Shown: positions 61,386-64,000 of the stretch, in pieces
Layout of the letters: each line of letters opens with the position of its first letter
How positions within the stretch are numbered: position 1 is the first letter of the stretch
Assembly (NCBI RefSeq): GCF_018350175.1
Contig: NC_058383.1
Coordinates: forward strand, 12,464,001-12,528,000
Direction of reading: 5' to 3'
Length of the DNA: 64,000 nucleotides
Source of the DNA: Felis catus
Taxonomy: Eukaryota
Position numbers and translations under genes: made by a program
The notes under the pieces: model-generated
Told to the model about the DNA's origin: nothing
What the model saw: only the letters and a program-made list of their open reading frames with translations
Databases searched by the model: none

Positions 61386-63549
61386 GAATTATTTTAAGGC
61401 CCGGATACCTTTCTGATTCCACGTTTGCCTTTTCTTCTCCATCTCTTGGTGTTTTGTATTCTTTTTCTCTCCTCTCCCAGGGTGAATCACCCTACTTGTT
61501 AAAACTGTACTAGAGCAAATGTTGGTAAATGATGTGCCTGGTGGTAGTGATTAAGTCAAATCAAACACATTTGTCACTGAAGAGATGGCCTCCAGCTGTT
61601 TATCTGGGAAATATAATTGAATACTAATGGGATAAACACCAACTTGCCAGTTTCATTTTCACGAAAGGTGTGGGCTCAAATAAGAGAGGGTGAATTTCTC
61701 TATGTTTAAAATACAAAGAGAATTAAAAAAAAAAATACACAAGACCTCTTCCAAATGTAACTCAGCTGCTTTGTCATCATTTTGTGTCACTCCCGCCAAA
61801 GAGGAACCAACAAGAAGATATTCCTATTTACGTGGTACAAGCAGTGCTTTAACCCCAAACTTGCAAGGCTCTTGACTTCTGGAAAAACCTATGCACGCAT
61901 TTCCCACTGCCTTCACTCAGTTAGCGCTGCCCGGGGATTCTTGTTACATCCCCGTCCGTGAACCATACTCACTATCGAATAGCAGTTATCGAGAGTTGGA
62001 CAGAAGTGATAATGGGCTCTGAAAACATTTGTTATTGAACAGCCCGAAAAGTAGATGTACGGTAGAAAAGACTGTGGCTTTGCAAATGGAGGTGAAAAGT
62101 CTGAACAAAATTGTTTTGCGAGCAAAAAGAGTCCCGACGGCATTCTCTAATATTTCCGAAATATCCTGAGCAGTCTGCAGACTGAATCACAAACTCGAGC
62201 CTCCCGCCCCGCCCCCACCCCGAGGATGCCTGCCGTCTCAGAGAGGTTAAGTACACTCTGAATAAACAGCAAACACAGACTCAATGAAGACACCAGGAAA
62301 ATGTGGTTCATTTTGATCAGGCATCTTTGGGCTTAGTTGGTCTTCCAAGTTGCAAAGGTGTTAAGGGGCAGCTTCCACCGTCCCTTTTTTGGATGAAATC
62401 ATGGACGCGGAGCAGTTAAGCAACATGCCCAGGGTTCCAAAATGGGGACCCAGGTTTCCAGGACAGTTTTGTGACTCCCTGTGGAGATAGCTAGAAACCA
62501 CACAGGTCAAGCATTAGCATTGGTGGTGTAACAGGAAACAAAGTAGGTTTGTATGCAGGATGCTGGCATAGCCGTGGACCGTCTTTTAGGAATGGACTTG
62601 GCCAAGACCCAGAGACCGAACAGATCGACAGTGGCAGGGACAGTTGGACAGGGTTGCAACGGAATGAACAGTCAGTCCGTGCAGGTTGGCAGTTGGTCCC
62701 TGGGAAGTCTGGCAAGAAGCCATATCATCGGAGGTCTTGAAGAAAGGCAGAGTCCAGGATCTGGAAAGTCCATCAGTAGGTCATGGAGCCAGCTTCCAGA
62801 AGGGCTGCAAGTATTCTGAGCACAAGAGACCTCGAAGAATTCCAGGCCCATCCACGCTGAGAGATCAGACAGATTCTGTTTCACGCACACATTCGGCTCC
62901 TTGCTTTTCTACTCCCTCCTTGTGTATCGTTGCCTATGACCCATCGCCTCCCATCACTGGGAGAGGTTTCCCCACGGGCAACACTTTTCAGCCTCTCTTT
63001 GAGAACCAGAGAAAGACACCATTAATAGACATTTTGTTGTTGCTGTTCTGTCAAACCATTCTTACCTCTTCCCCTCAACTGTATTTCCATGCGAAATTCC
63101 TTAACGATACACACAAAGGGGAAAAAAGCGGGTCCGCACGCATGCTAATGACACTGTGTTCGTTTCTTCTCAAGCGCAGCGTGCTAAAGGAATCGTGTTA
63201 CACTTTTGTTTTACTCTGCTGTATTCTGTAGCTCAGTTGTCATGCTCTCCCTTGGCAGGCACAGCGGAACCAAAGGGATTATACACTTAGCATCTGGAAA
63301 TATTCCACTATCATCGTAGACCAAAATCTGTACCCTGCCTCTTCCCTCCTGCGCCAAGCCAGGATAAACGAGAGAGAAGGCTGCGTTTGCACATCCAGAA
63401 CAGCCCCATCAGAGGAAGCCAGCGGGCTAATGGGAATCCCATGTTCTACGAGCCGGTGACTTATTCTGGAAGCGAAACCTGCATGTGGCCGGGGAGGGGG
63501 AGAGGACTTGGAAAGAGTTAGGTGACAGGCTTTTAACACTGTCGGCGGC

Positions 63550-63575
63550 GGGGGGGGGGGGGGGGGGGGGGGGGG
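63550..63575. repeat. Poly-G run (26 nt)
   Basis: Direct reading. Confidence 0.95.
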
Positions 63576-64000
63576 ACATTCACATCCTCAAACTCATGAA
63601 TACAGCACCATCACACGTTTCTCCAGAAAGCGGGGCGTAACTCCAGACCCTTCGTGAGGCAGGTAAGTAAAGACCAGTGGAGCTGTCCTCAAACCCTGGG
63701 GAGTCTGCCTGCCACTGCCCGCCCCCCGCTGACCTCACAAAAGGCCGGCTTTCCAACTCCTGCCTCCCCAAGGCTTTCTGCAAGCCAGGGGGCCGTGGGG
63801 CCATTCGGGGATAATCAAACCCCCAGAAGTGAAATTGTCCTGGGCAGGACATTACCTTCATGGCTCTCAGTCTTTGGATCCAGCTACTTTTGGATGCCCG
63901 GGCCCCACTGCAAAGCTATCCAGTTAGAATCTCCGAGGACGGGACCCAGGCATGCCTGGCTGTTAATAGCACCAGACGTCAGCTGTGCCCCTGTCCCCAC

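Noticed and set aside
62686..63231. 181-aa ORF
   Set aside because: Non-ATG start, no recognisable domain or splice structure. The 5' part looks like decayed LTR-like sequence.

Overview
Mammalian genomic DNA, almost certainly from a felid. It carries about 30 tRNA-derived Can-SINEs, several of the young SINEC_Fc type, and a feline L1 3' end. I recognise no protein-coding exon, RNA gene, CRISPR array or prokaryotic system, so the window looks intergenic or deep intronic. It is dominated by interspersed repeats: SINEC, old L1/HAL1, L2/MIR, MaLR/ERVL LTRs and Tigger/hAT DNA-transposon relics. Repeat-poor unique blocks lie between them (about 5.4-6.5, 9.8-10.1, 12.8-13.6, 14.5-15, 23.4-26.9, 27.2-29.1, 50.6-51 and 61.4-62.3 kb). 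Subfamily names come from recalled consensus sequences, and repeat boundaries are approximate unless a TSD is quoted. Most notable: (1) a 21x22-bp ETS-motif minisatellite with an 8-unit higher-order duplication inside an LTR41-like element; (2) a triple nested retrotransposon insertion that triplicates one target site, with an analogous second case; (3) an unexplained ~40-bp inverted repeat; (4) a palindromic RFX X-box overlapping a CCAAT box; (5) a 72-nt candidate exon with a full set of splice signals. I found no convincing novel biological system.
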